Positions 9,801 to 18,824 of a DNA stretch of 64,000 bases are shown in pieces. This DNA is from a virus (taxonomy: Duplodnaviria > Caudoviricetes), in the IMG/VR virus record IMGVR_UViG_3300028595_000011, positions 451 to 64,450 of that record. One strand, written 5' to 3'. Position 1 is the stretch's first letter; the number at the start of each line of letters is the position of its first letter. The notes beneath the pieces are model-generated. The model was given only the letters and a program-made list of their open reading frames with translations. It was not told the origin of the DNA and did not search any database. A program made the translations under genes and the position numbers.

Positions 9801-12800
9801 ACTACGCAGAAAGGCACAGCGAAGAGCACAGCCCCATCTGTGAAGCTTGTGCCGCAATGGAAAGAAGATGTCAACAACGCCACCACCAGAGAAGAGCTAG
9901 ATGAGGTTGAGAAGCAGTGGCAAGAATCTGACAGGGCATCTTCCGTTGGTGTGCGTAAGGCTATTGATGCCAGGCGCAAGACGCTTGAGACTGAGGCGGC
10001 GGCTGAGATTGGCCTCGATGAGTTTGACTATGACACAACCGGGCAGAAGGGGACCATTGGTGGTGTAAATGATGGCTCATTTGTCAGGGTGACTACTGAG
10101 GATGGTCGGCTGGTAGAGGGCAGGGTGAGAGCAGAGGTGGGTGAAGAGGGACTCATCGCCATTGATGATGGCAACAAGCTCGAATACTTTGACCCTGAAA
10201 CCGAGGTCGATATTCTGGTGCGTAAGCAGAAGCCAGCGCCAAGGGTCCCGCCCAAGACCAAGCGCAAGAAGGGTAAGTACTATGGAGATCCCGACCTTGA
10301 GATGGAGATCTTCGATTACGCCAATGACTTCGAGCTTGCCAACGCAGAGAAGCCCGATGCCCAAGAGTTGTATGAGTACATGAACGAAGAGGGCGTAGAC
10401 ATTGAGCTTGAAGAGGTGCGTGATGCGCTTGAGAATGAGCCGTTCCTCGGTCGCACTGCGCTCGGCTGGGTTCAGGCATTTGAGAAGTTCAGTGACCAGG
10501 GCATTACTGCCACAAGGCTGAAGGACTTCATCAATAGCTCTGCTGCCCTGAAGGGCAACAAGAAGATTGACGCTGCCATGGCTCGTTATCTTATGAGCAT
10601 CGCTGATGTTACACCTGTTCAGGATGTTGATGCTAAGGCTGGTGAGGATGAGCAACTTGACGTTGAGGAGCCAACCATTCCGACCGCTCCGCCAAGGAGA
10701 AGGAAGAGTGACCAGGCTCAGGATAAAACTGACGCCATTGAGTCCATCCTGAGAGAAGACGCAGAGAAAGCTGGCATCCCTAAGGATGTAGTTGATCGTG
10801 TGGTCAAGAAGATTCGGGCCGGAGAAGAGGTTACGAAGGTCATGCAGGAGGAGAAGGTCCGAGCCAACTTCCGTGGCCCAGCAGTAGAGCAGGCACAGTT
10901 CCTTGAGAAAGCAGTAGCTGAGCAGGACGCACTCGAAAGAATGCTGCGCGATCCGTTTGAGATCGGCAAGACACCAGCCAGACGAAAGGGTGAGGCTGAG
11001 GTCGTCGCACAGACGGAAGCCGAAGAGGCAGCACCAATTAGTCAAGAGGCTAAGGACAAGATTGCAGATGCTCTTGATGGCACAACAAAGCCTGATGAGG
11101 ATGTAAAGAAGTACGGCCCGATCAAGATGAACAAGAACGGAACCACGTCCGCCCGTTCCATGAAGGACCAAATTCGGAAGGCTGACACAATCCAAAGGCT
11201 TGATGACCTTGAAGCCATTGAGAGGGAGCAGGTTGTTGATGGTTTGATGGACAAGCCTAGAGCTTCCATCATCACAGCGATTGAGAATAGGCGGAAGGAG
11301 ATGGCTGGCGATTCTGTACCAACTAAGCCGGAGCCTGAAAAGGCTGGCGAGGTTGTTGAGTTTCCAGGCAGGGATGAAGAGTGGGCAGAGTTTCTGAAGA
11401 ACGGAAGACTTCTCGCTAAGAGCAAGAAGACAAACGAACAAAAGACAGGAACAGTTGTTCTTGATTCCAGTGAAACTAGAGACGGCGCTGTCGATATGGT
11501 TAAAGGGATTGTTGGGGGCAAGGGTTCCCTGGCTGATGAGATGACGAAGATTTCAAAGAGGAATGGACAGCACATCATCTTCAATCTTCAGGTTTCTGAG
11601 AACCCTGACACGGGTCTCTTTGAAGTTCTTGGGCACTATACGCTAACGCAGAGTCCGCCCAAGATAAAGATTGCCAACTCTACGTATGGGCGAGACATCA
11701 AAAACATAGAGAAGTCTAAGTCCATCAAGAGGGCTGCGGTCCTTGAGGTTCAAGAAAGAACTGCGGCGAGCGCCGCTGTTGCTGAGCAAGTCGGAAGGGT
11801 TGCTGAGCGGGCCGATGCGACCGGCGTTTTTGTTGGCGTCGTTCTTGAAGGGAAAGATGGCAAGATGATTGCCAACTTTTTTGACGTAAATGGCAAGGAT
11901 CTTGGTGCTGTTTCGTTTAGCAATGGCACGAAAGAGTATGCTGAGCTAAAGAACATTCTTGACAAGAAGTCTGGCGAAAATGTTGTGGCTGTAGAATTTA
12001 GCAAGCCCGAGTCTGAGAAAAACAAAGGCAGGCCAACCAAGCCAGAGGCCAAGGCTGCAACCAAGAAGGCTAAGGCTAAGAAGAAAACCACTCAGCCTAA
12101 GAAGGATCAGATCGAACAAGCCAGGGCTGAGCTTGAGGTGGCGAGGTCAGAGGTCCAGAGGCTTCGAGATGAGGGCGTTAACGTCTTTGATGATGAGATG
12201 CGTGCCGCAATGGACGCTCTCGATGACGCTGACGATAGGCTTGCCACGCTTCAAAGCAAGGAGGATGGGCAGTCCCCCAAAGACCCAGCCAAGAGGCCAG
12301 ACAAGAAGCAGGAGAAGTCAACCAAGACTAAGACAAATGATTCTGTCCGGCCAGACAGCACCCCGTCTCTCAGGAGAGACAAGAATGGTGCCGTGTTTGT
12401 TGAAGATTTGCTCAACATCATCAACTCAGCAGACAACATGGAAGTTGTAATGGCTGCGCTGGAAGTGTATAAGGCAGACCTTAAGAACGGTCGGCGCAAG
12501 AAGGCATCTCGCAAGATTACGAAGATGGCCGAACGCAAGATGGATGAGCTTGCTGCCTCCGAGATGGATGCAGAAGAGATATCGACTAGAGACTTCGCGT
12601 TCGATAAGAACCGGGGCAACGAAGAGATTGACTACATCTATGTGGACAATGGGGCTGGAGGGAAGTCTCTTGTCAGAGTGGTTGGTCAAGTAAAGAAGGC
12701 CGAGTCAGAAGCAGAGGGCGAAGTTGTTGAGACAGATGAAGAGGCCAGCGCACGCATGGCAGATGTCATGGCTGCTGAATGGCCGTGGGTGAGTCAGACC

Positions 12801-15800
12801 GAGGAGCAAAATGAGGCTTATGAATATCTGGACAGCTTAGAGGGTGACGCTCAGGCTGCCGAGATCTTTGATGTCATCACTACAAGGTGGAAGTCTACCA
12901 ACATGATTGATGACATGATTGATCCGACCTTTGTCAACCAAGTCTTGAATGAGATGGAGGAACAGGCACCGTCCGTTGCTGGCAATAGACAGCTTGTTGT
13001 TGATGCGATCAGGAATGAAGAGCTTCTTGATGATGCTAGAACCATGCGCATGTTCCTGTTCCAAGAGTACCCAGGTGCTACTACGCTTCGCAATGCAACT
13101 GGCGAGCCGATTAGCAGCAAGCTTTCTCGTTTACCAAGGCGCGCATTCGAAGACTACTTAGAGCTAGAGTCTGACAGGGTTGAGGACGAGGCCCGTGGCA
13201 CGACAGCAGAACAGGCGCAGAAAGACATGCGCTCGAAGCCTGGGTTCCAGGGTAAACCTAAGCGTCCACATCCAGAACATGTGAAGCAAGCTGTCCTGAT
13301 GAAAGACATTGAGCTTGGGACAATCCAAACGCTCATAGAGAACGGACACGTTGACAATGATAGCCTGAAGCGGGCCATCAACGAGGAGATTGAGAGGCGC
13401 AAGAAGGAAGATCCGAAGCGCAAGTTCCCCTCAACCATGGAAGAGGTCGAGGCATACCTTGGCGCGGTCGCTGATGCCGCCGGAATGGAGATGGCAGACC
13501 TGGTCCGCAAGGTTGTTTCTCTCGCTGATATTAACGAGAGGTCAAAGGCGGCTAGGTCAGAGCGGCAGGAAGAGGTGAAGGTTGAGAAGGCTGAGGAAGA
13601 GGATGAAGTAGCTCCAGAAGACATTGATGCCGAGGAAGAGCGGCTCGCAATGCTGAGAGACCTCGACAACATGGGCTTCTTTGAGCTTGCCAGTGGGGAG
13701 ATCGCACACCCAGGGTTCCCGAAGAAGCTTGGCGGAGAGTCCGGGAAGGAGATGATCACCAAGCGTGCGCTGGAGAATCTTGGCCCAGGAACTGAGGTTG
13801 AAGAAATTCCAGGCGGGTTCCGCATTACGGTACAGAGTGATAATGGTCCGGTCCCACTGGACATCTTGGTCACTAGCACTGATCGTGCGATCCTCAGAAT
13901 GCTTGAAGAACTCACGCAGGGCGAGTTGCTCGTTCTTGCCAGAAATCTTGAGCGCCATCTGACAAGGCAGGGCGAGAGGGGGGAGAACATTCTCCCGACT
14001 GCACGCGGTTCAATTAACACAACCGCCAAGCTGATCGCAGCAATTCGAACGGCAATGATTTTTGTGGATGTCCAAAAGGGAAGGGGTAACCTTGAGATTC
14101 CGCCGATCTCCGCTGGTAGATACGACGCAGACCCAGTTACCGGCAGACACCTTGTTGAAATCATCTCAGGCCTTGCGTTTAGGGAGTCTGGATACCATGA
14201 GGTTGGTCACTGGTGGCTTAGGAACTTTGTGTCTGATGAAACGTTCCTCAAGATAATCAATGAGCACGGCTCAGAAGAGGATGCCGTCAACGCAATTGCT
14301 GTTGCCCTATCAAGTGCGGCAGATGCTAAAGACCTGAAAAGAAAAGAGATGGGAACCGTTGGCAGGATTGCATCCGACATTAAAGAGTTTGCAATCAAGC
14401 TGTGGAACACGATCTTTAAGAAGGGTTCCGTTGATCCCAACGAGATCGCTAAGCTCTGGGCTGACCCGACACTCGACAACATCGTGGAGCTTTTCCAGCG
14501 GGGCGAAGCCTTCAAGAAAATGTATCCGATGATCAGCAGAGAGATGCCATCAACCCTGACTCCTGCTGGTGTACAGAGCAGGCTCCATGACATATGGGGG
14601 ACACTGCCAAGGAATAAGGATGTTCTGCGTGGCGAAACTGACAAGCCCGGACTAGTGCTCAGCGGAGGCCCAAGGGTGGACAGCAACCCGCTGAAAATTG
14701 TTCCTGTTCGGTATGCTCTGCGCTCGTATAGTGAGGGCGACATTGATGCTGGCAGAAAGATTCTGCTTCAATCCAAGCTGACCAAGCAGGCGCATGAGGT
14801 AAGCATTGTCCCGGCAACGCAGTACCTCCAGGACATGGTTGCGCAAGCCAACAGGGCGAGCGATGTCCACGACTACGGCGATGTCACACACGTTGTGTTT
14901 GTGCGAGAGCCGCGGTTTGGTGACATGTGGATTCCTGTGCAGTTTGTGAATGCAAGCAGCACTGCCGCAGCCAGACAGCAGGTCACAGACATGTGGGAAT
15001 CTGGAGAAGACAGCTTCTTCTGGGTTGGCAACAGCGTTGGCCGTGGCCGGATTGGATTCAATCTTGCCGGAAGAAATCCCGAGGATTCAAGGCAGCTTGA
15101 CGATCTCGCCCGTGTTATTGACTTGCATCTTCCGGAAGATGTCAGCGAGGCACAGCTTCCCCTTGAGCAAGATGCCGCAGCGAGACAGGGTGGCACCCAG
15201 CGGCAGATGGAGCAGCCATCATTCCTCGATAGGATGAAGGCACACAGATTCCGTGGCATGAAGTCCTGGCTAAATGCTAACCTCAAGCCAGCCAGGGGTT
15301 TAGATAAAGAACTGTACCTCACCCTCATTGATCGCAGGCGTGGCGCAATGAAGGGCAAGGTGATGGGCAAGGCCGCCAACCAGCGCGTGCGTAAGATAAT
15401 CAAGCAACTCAAAGACAAATTCGGTGAAGAGCGAATCAACAACACCCTGTCCATGGTTCTTGATGGGCGCATGCCAGTTGATCAGTTCAAGAGGATCTAC
15501 GGACTTAAGAACGACAACCCAGAAATGGTCGAGCTTCAGAAGATTCTTGATGAATCTGCACGGCTGAGGGCCGAGTTGTCTGCCAGCCCAAACATCCCCC
15601 AGAAGCTGAGGGATCTCATCCTTTCTAACGAGTTCTATCAAACTAGAATGTATGCGATCCATGCCCTTGGCAACGGGTATGTTGCACCGCAGGATGCATA
15701 TCAGGCTGCAGTCGATGCCGTCTTTGACATGCATGAAGAAGAAATCAACAGGCTCATCACCCGAGCCAACAAAACCATTGGGCGCAGAGAGGTGTTCGAT

Positions 15801-18341
15801 CTTCCTGGGTACATGCAGGCACCAGTTGCACAGAGGCAGCAGATGCTTCAGGGTCTCTCACGAACCAAGAAGGCAGCGATTGAGAACCTTGCTAAAGCAA
15901 TGGACCCATGGATGGAAGTCATTGATTCCCTTGAACTTAGAGACGGCAACCTGATTGCTCAGTGGTCTCAGGAATCCTTGAGCAGCATGGCTGCTGATAC
16001 TGTTGAAGGCTACCTAAGTAGCTCAGCCAACAAAGGCAAGTCTGTGCCTGGTCCGATTGGCGGCATGCCAATCACACACCAGATGAAGCGCAAGCTGGAC
16101 GAGACGTTCCGTGAATTGTACGGAGAGATCACAAGTCCGGGCGAGAGGTTGTCGAGAACCATGGAGGTTCAACACGATCTCCTCGCAGCAAGCGTCATGT
16201 TCCAGAAGATCTTCGAAGAAGGCGAAGGTAAGTGGTGGTCACGAGCAAAGCGTGGCAACTTCTCAGAAAGATTGGCCAGCGGACGTGGCATCACGCCCGC
16301 CGACCGCAGGAAGTATGGCAACATGGCTGGGATGTACGTCACGCAAGAGACATACGATCTCCTCCATGGCGAAGGAACCTTTGATCAGATTACCGAGGGC
16401 TTCGCCCCCACCAGGTGGTTCAACCAACTTCAGGCTGTCACTCGTGCGACTAGGTTAATCTGGCCGAAGACAATCCTTCGCAATGGCTTTACTTCGGTGA
16501 CAGGCTTTGCTGCCAGATCTGGTGATATCTTCAACAAGAACTGGCTAAAGCACATGAAAGATGGAACAGCCCTCGCCGCCAGAGTTGGCAGGGCCATCAT
16601 GGCAGATGAGGGCTGGGCACCAGGAAAGCAGGGAGATCCGGAGGCTTTAGAAATCCTTGCTGACTTGGTAGCCAAAGATGTTTTCGACTTCTCACAAGAC
16701 TCTATTCTGACTGCGATTGATGCGAACATTAAGATCACTGCTGAATCTAAGAAGGGTAGCCCGATGCGCATCCTTCGTGAGTCGATGATGCTGTATGCGT
16801 TGATCGACCTGCCAGCGAAGTATGCATCCTACTACTCGATGCGTGATGAGGGAGCGAGCCACGAAGAAGCAGTGCAGCATGTCCGTGACCACTACCAGTA
16901 CAGGGACTATGTCCCACTTGGCGTGAGCAAGATCAACCGAGCGAGCTTCGGGGATTACTTCGGTTACACCTTTGATTCCACAAGGACGTGGATCAATAGC
17001 ATGAATCGGGCAGCAAGAGAAGCCAAGAAGGGCAACCTGAGACCACTCATGGGCTTCATGTTGTCTGCAACGATACCGATCTTCCGCTTCGGCTCCGGTG
17101 GATGGCTTGCAGCAGCCTCACCCAAGTTGTATACGAGCATCGTTCATGCGACTGCGAGTCTTGGGAATCTCTTGACAGCACTCGGCATGAAGGATGATGA
17201 CGATGATGACACCTGGAAGATTGCAACTGACGAGCAAGTTGCGGCGCTCCGTGAATCCCTGCCATCATATGATAGGTATCAACCACTCGCTGTCTGGTAC
17301 GAGAAGAACGAGGATGGTGACTGGAACCTTAAGTGGTATGTGATGGGCAACCTTTCGGCATTCCCAATCGAGGATGTAATCATTGGGGCATGGCAGGCAT
17401 CCAATCAGAACACAGAGCTATCATTCATTGATGCGCTGATTCACAACACGTCGCAGGCATCCCCGTTCTCTTGGGGCATGACTGTTGAGAACGTGGTCAA
17501 GGCAACGACTGGTTATGATATGTCTAGCGGCTGGTCACAGCCTGGGCTGTGGGATGTATATGACAGCTTCCGTGACTCAAAAGACGGCACTGCCATCAGG
17601 CCCGACGCTGGAGAGATAGTAGCCAATAGGCTCTTCGATTTTGTTTCTGAATCCTTTGCACCTGGACAAACCGGGAATACAATCCGCACCGCATCTGAAG
17701 TCATTCAGGGACGGGAACCTCGTCTTGGGCGGTTCGTCAGGCGCAAGAAATTTAGCGATGTGGTGGACATCTTTGCAAGATTGCAACGTAGCTATGATGC
17801 CGCACCAGAGGATCAGGCTCGGCTCTTGGATAAGATGACAAGGAACAACTTTGAAAACCTGGAGATCGCCAAACGGATGGCCGGAACCGCTGGGCGCAAA
17901 GAACTGGAGTGGAAGGATGGAGCAGTTCGCAGTGAGCTACTCCGAACCGAGCGCGGCCAACGCGCATGGCATCGTGCGCTGCTCAACATCCAGAAGAAGG
18001 TTCAAAACTTTAGAGTCTTGACCAACGGTAACTTCAGTGACCAGGAGATCAAGGACATGTTGCGATCCTTCGGCACTATCAGGGCAGCCGAGGCTGACCA
18101 CATTGTAAGAGGAACAGTGGAGCAGATGACTGCATCCGAGTTCGAGATCAAGAGTAGACCATTACCAACACAGCGTGGTGATGACAAGGTCCTTGAATAC
18201 TTCGAGCAGACCAAGGGTGGCCAGGTATTATACAAGCCGCTCTGGGAAAGCATGAAGGAACAAGGCTATGCTGTTGGTGAACTCAAGTCATTTAGAACCA
18301 GAGCTAAGAAACTACGCAAGGATTGGATGAAGCAGCAGTAG
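6861..18341 (+). CDS. Giant internal virion (polyvalent-type) protein with zincin HExxH motif
   Basis: 3826-aa ORF ending the virion operon; hydrophobic G/A segments near N-terminus; YHEVGH at 14193-14210. Confidence 0.75.
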   Translation: MTTHDALFMFKDKKWKENTPLQLQYAAFATALKNDPGWKKMPPEVKAKVYKQNFGFESPFELINNPEFEFDSFDVEQRERIFDAVTINDDNWHNLGDEEKRLIKGKKIPEVGQRFLEAEAAGVQEPVELPKDEQGRIEVQPNVPHRPQIDGQYVVPPLQRPDDYSDQPIKASPPEGEGMYFPEVSNQLPPEVVEDIVNAPESVRPYLESEFGDKPFVSQREYDQSLRAMAMEQPDAPLPHGNINIGSPKDPVILSGSRIEVGTQRGVIEITPEEGERMFNRGVIRHHVETPNGVVMLRDPSKLSEEELAKARELDYVRPELMKNPAVAAYMKFNQGAGIDDVLNWAASKGEQVIDNKTLAGLAEFGITSQEQAIKMLAKKGHREAMMDQITGAPLSPEFHGLSRASQVKFIMDRVPLESEEDKREFTKKFMEQFVDPVKKDFDSLPDHLRPEYPKDPMERGVELRKHPYWNSLKAGTGDLLMAVGGAMWLTGDAMVQGGKEEGMELIEKGKEISDKYTDTEVEADLGQQLLRTAPVSVPLMVPAAVVSAATGGALLPVAIAAAGSGIAESFMEGGSTAAESLLAGDQEAVARSKGIRVTRDNLIYQAGMSIPEAYAAFVPTAKLTEAAAKLPGLRNIKMTPKMTEAWNTMGRVGVTKALDTAGRIALDTTSEYAEEWLQTFFQQAADQDKDTFSWDSIANATNAEMEERHGAGVVGAHFGGGMAVAGQPVQAVATYFSKEGTANRIQKKLFESEVNRLAEKFDAKPSEIRADIEAAYRTEGLMDEANTEVEVLSKELNIEEDEVRADLDGARSAAWGSHEQEDVTMLSQMFGVPEYFVRQNWDEVNAAAGRGALDEDTKTPASPEEAALEPGTTSVPAGVSAEVATSFDGIPDAHKGLIVDRATQVANMRIKAKMDQYGLDEKTADQFPENEREQIVKDSFEQVWRIYADSEPGRAALGKGESQKPTKPPTKAEEPKATPTTQKGTAKSTAPSVKLVPQWKEDVNNATTREELDEVEKQWQESDRASSVGVRKAIDARRKTLETEAAAEIGLDEFDYDTTGQKGTIGGVNDGSFVRVTTEDGRLVEGRVRAEVGEEGLIAIDDGNKLEYFDPETEVDILVRKQKPAPRVPPKTKRKKGKYYGDPDLEMEIFDYANDFELANAEKPDAQELYEYMNEEGVDIELEEVRDALENEPFLGRTALGWVQAFEKFSDQGITATRLKDFINSSAALKGNKKIDAAMARYLMSIADVTPVQDVDAKAGEDEQLDVEEPTIPTAPPRRRKSDQAQDKTDAIESILREDAEKAGIPKDVVDRVVKKIRAGEEVTKVMQEEKVRANFRGPAVEQAQFLEKAVAEQDALERMLRDPFEIGKTPARRKGEAEVVAQTEAEEAAPISQEAKDKIADALDGTTKPDEDVKKYGPIKMNKNGTTSARSMKDQIRKADTIQRLDDLEAIEREQVVDGLMDKPRASIITAIENRRKEMAGDSVPTKPEPEKAGEVVEFPGRDEEWAEFLKNGRLLAKSKKTNEQKTGTVVLDSSETRDGAVDMVKGIVGGKGSLADEMTKISKRNGQHIIFNLQVSENPDTGLFEVLGHYTLTQSPPKIKIANSTYGRDIKNIEKSKSIKRAAVLEVQERTAASAAVAEQVGRVAERADATGVFVGVVLEGKDGKMIANFFDVNGKDLGAVSFSNGTKEYAELKNILDKKSGENVVAVEFSKPESEKNKGRPTKPEAKAATKKAKAKKKTTQPKKDQIEQARAELEVARSEVQRLRDEGVNVFDDEMRAAMDALDDADDRLATLQSKEDGQSPKDPAKRPDKKQEKSTKTKTNDSVRPDSTPSLRRDKNGAVFVEDLLNIINSADNMEVVMAALEVYKADLKNGRRKKASRKITKMAERKMDELAASEMDAEEISTRDFAFDKNRGNEEIDYIYVDNGAGGKSLVRVVGQVKKAESEAEGEVVETDEEASARMADVMAAEWPWVSQTEEQNEAYEYLDSLEGDAQAAEIFDVITTRWKSTNMIDDMIDPTFVNQVLNEMEEQAPSVAGNRQLVVDAIRNEELLDDARTMRMFLFQEYPGATTLRNATGEPISSKLSRLPRRAFEDYLELESDRVEDEARGTTAEQAQKDMRSKPGFQGKPKRPHPEHVKQAVLMKDIELGTIQTLIENGHVDNDSLKRAINEEIERRKKEDPKRKFPSTMEEVEAYLGAVADAAGMEMADLVRKVVSLADINERSKAARSERQEEVKVEKAEEEDEVAPEDIDAEEERLAMLRDLDNMGFFELASGEIAHPGFPKKLGGESGKEMITKRALENLGPGTEVEEIPGGFRITVQSDNGPVPLDILVTSTDRAILRMLEELTQGELLVLARNLERHLTRQGERGENILPTARGSINTTAKLIAAIRTAMIFVDVQKGRGNLEIPPISAGRYDADPVTGRHLVEIISGLAFRESGYHEVGHWWLRNFVSDETFLKIINEHGSEEDAVNAIAVALSSAADAKDLKRKEMGTVGRIASDIKEFAIKLWNTIFKKGSVDPNEIAKLWADPTLDNIVELFQRGEAFKKMYPMISREMPSTLTPAGVQSRLHDIWGTLPRNKDVLRGETDKPGLVLSGGPRVDSNPLKIVPVRYALRSYSEGDIDAGRKILLQSKLTKQAHEVSIVPATQYLQDMVAQANRASDVHDYGDVTHVVFVREPRFGDMWIPVQFVNASSTAAARQQVTDMWESGEDSFFWVGNSVGRGRIGFNLAGRNPEDSRQLDDLARVIDLHLPEDVSEAQLPLEQDAAARQGGTQRQMEQPSFLDRMKAHRFRGMKSWLNANLKPARGLDKELYLTLIDRRRGAMKGKVMGKAANQRVRKIIKQLKDKFGEERINNTLSMVLDGRMPVDQFKRIYGLKNDNPEMVELQKILDESARLRAELSASPNIPQKLRDLILSNEFYQTRMYAIHALGNGYVAPQDAYQAAVDAVFDMHEEEINRLITRANKTIGRREVFDLPGYMQAPVAQRQQMLQGLSRTKKAAIENLAKAMDPWMEVIDSLELRDGNLIAQWSQESLSSMAADTVEGYLSSSANKGKSVPGPIGGMPITHQMKRKLDETFRELYGEITSPGERLSRTMEVQHDLLAASVMFQKIFEEGEGKWWSRAKRGNFSERLASGRGITPADRRKYGNMAGMYVTQETYDLLHGEGTFDQITEGFAPTRWFNQLQAVTRATRLIWPKTILRNGFTSVTGFAARSGDIFNKNWLKHMKDGTALAARVGRAIMADEGWAPGKQGDPEALEILADLVAKDVFDFSQDSILTAIDANIKITAESKKGSPMRILRESMMLYALIDLPAKYASYYSMRDEGASHEEAVQHVRDHYQYRDYVPLGVSKINRASFGDYFGYTFDSTRTWINSMNRAAREAKKGNLRPLMGFMLSATIPIFRFGSGGWLAAASPKLYTSIVHATASLGNLLTALGMKDDDDDDTWKIATDEQVAALRESLPSYDRYQPLAVWYEKNEDGDWNLKWYVMGNLSAFPIEDVIIGAWQASNQNTELSFIDALIHNTSQASPFSWGMTVENVVKATTGYDMSSGWSQPGLWDVYDSFRDSKDGTAIRPDAGEIVANRLFDFVSESFAPGQTGNTIRTASEVIQGREPRLGRFVRRKKFSDVVDIFARLQRSYDAAPEDQARLLDKMTRNNFENLEIAKRMAGTAGRKELEWKDGAVRSELLRTERGQRAWHRALLNIQKKVQNFRVLTNGNFSDQEIKDMLRSFGTIRAAEADHIVRGTVEQMTASEFEIKSRPLPTQRGDDKVLEYFEQTKGGQVLYKPLWESMKEQGYAVGELKSFRTRAKKLRKDWMKQQ

Positions 18342-18506
18342 CTATCCGTACAGATCAAGCTTTCTTGATTCGAGGATTTTGAAAAGCTTCTCTCGGACCT
18401 CTTCTGCATCAGGCCAGAACGAGCAGTCTATTTTCATTTCACCTGTTAGCCATACGACAAATTCTTGCATCGCCCACTGAAACTCTTGTTCTTTGTCTTT
18501 GCTCAT
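18342..18506 (-). CDS. Hypothetical protein (MSKDKEQEFQW...)
   Basis: ATGA overlap with upstream gene; the longer track start runs through a structured RNA. Confidence 0.55.
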   Translation of the reverse strand: MSKDKEQEFQWAMQEFVVWLTGEMKIDCSFWPDAEEVREKLFKILESRKLDLYG

Positions 18507-18721
18507 AGCTCTGTTCCACATTTGGGGCAGCGACTCGTGACAGAAGCCGAAGGGATCTGGTGTCCGCAGTGCAAGCAAAACCTCTTCTTCTCTTTGGGCC
18601 TTCGCGTCTTGAGTTCCATGCGCTCCCCGCTGGCCAGGTCTGATCGGCGTCTTTCGCCACCACGGACGGCTGGCTCCTTGGTGTCTTTCCTCGTCTTGTA
18701 GATATCGTCTCTCGTTTTCAT
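18503..18721 (-). CDS. Small basic Zn-ribbon protein
   Basis: GGAGG RBS; CLHC..CPKC. Confidence 0.6.
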   Translation of the reverse strand: MKTRDDIYKTRKDTKEPAVRGGERRRSDLASGERMELKTRRPKEKKRFCLHCGHQIPSASVTSRCPKCGTEL

Positions 18722-18730
18722 GTCGCCTCC

Positions 18731-18820
18731 AAAAAATAGGGGCGGCGGCAAGGGAGAAGGATGACCGCCCGGAAAGGAGAACGGGCGGGAGGGGAGGTGT
18801 GATTGCCGCCACCCATCTAC
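18731..18820 (-). ncRNA. Candidate structured RNA with anti-SD loops / terminator
   Basis: 12-bp outer stem with a U:G pair valid only on - strand, 7-bp inner stem, three C/U-rich single strands, U6 tail. Confidence 0.55.
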
Positions 18821-18824
18821 TAGC

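Noticed and set aside
10077-14164. Long antisense ORFs (10077..11441, 13154..14164) opposite the giant gene
   Set aside because: L/S/F-rich shadows of a biased sense frame; no RBS or motifs.
18740-18814. Plus-strand CsrB-like reading of the post-recT element
   Set aside because: Stem has a C-A mismatch and no U-tail on +; neighbouring genes are on -.
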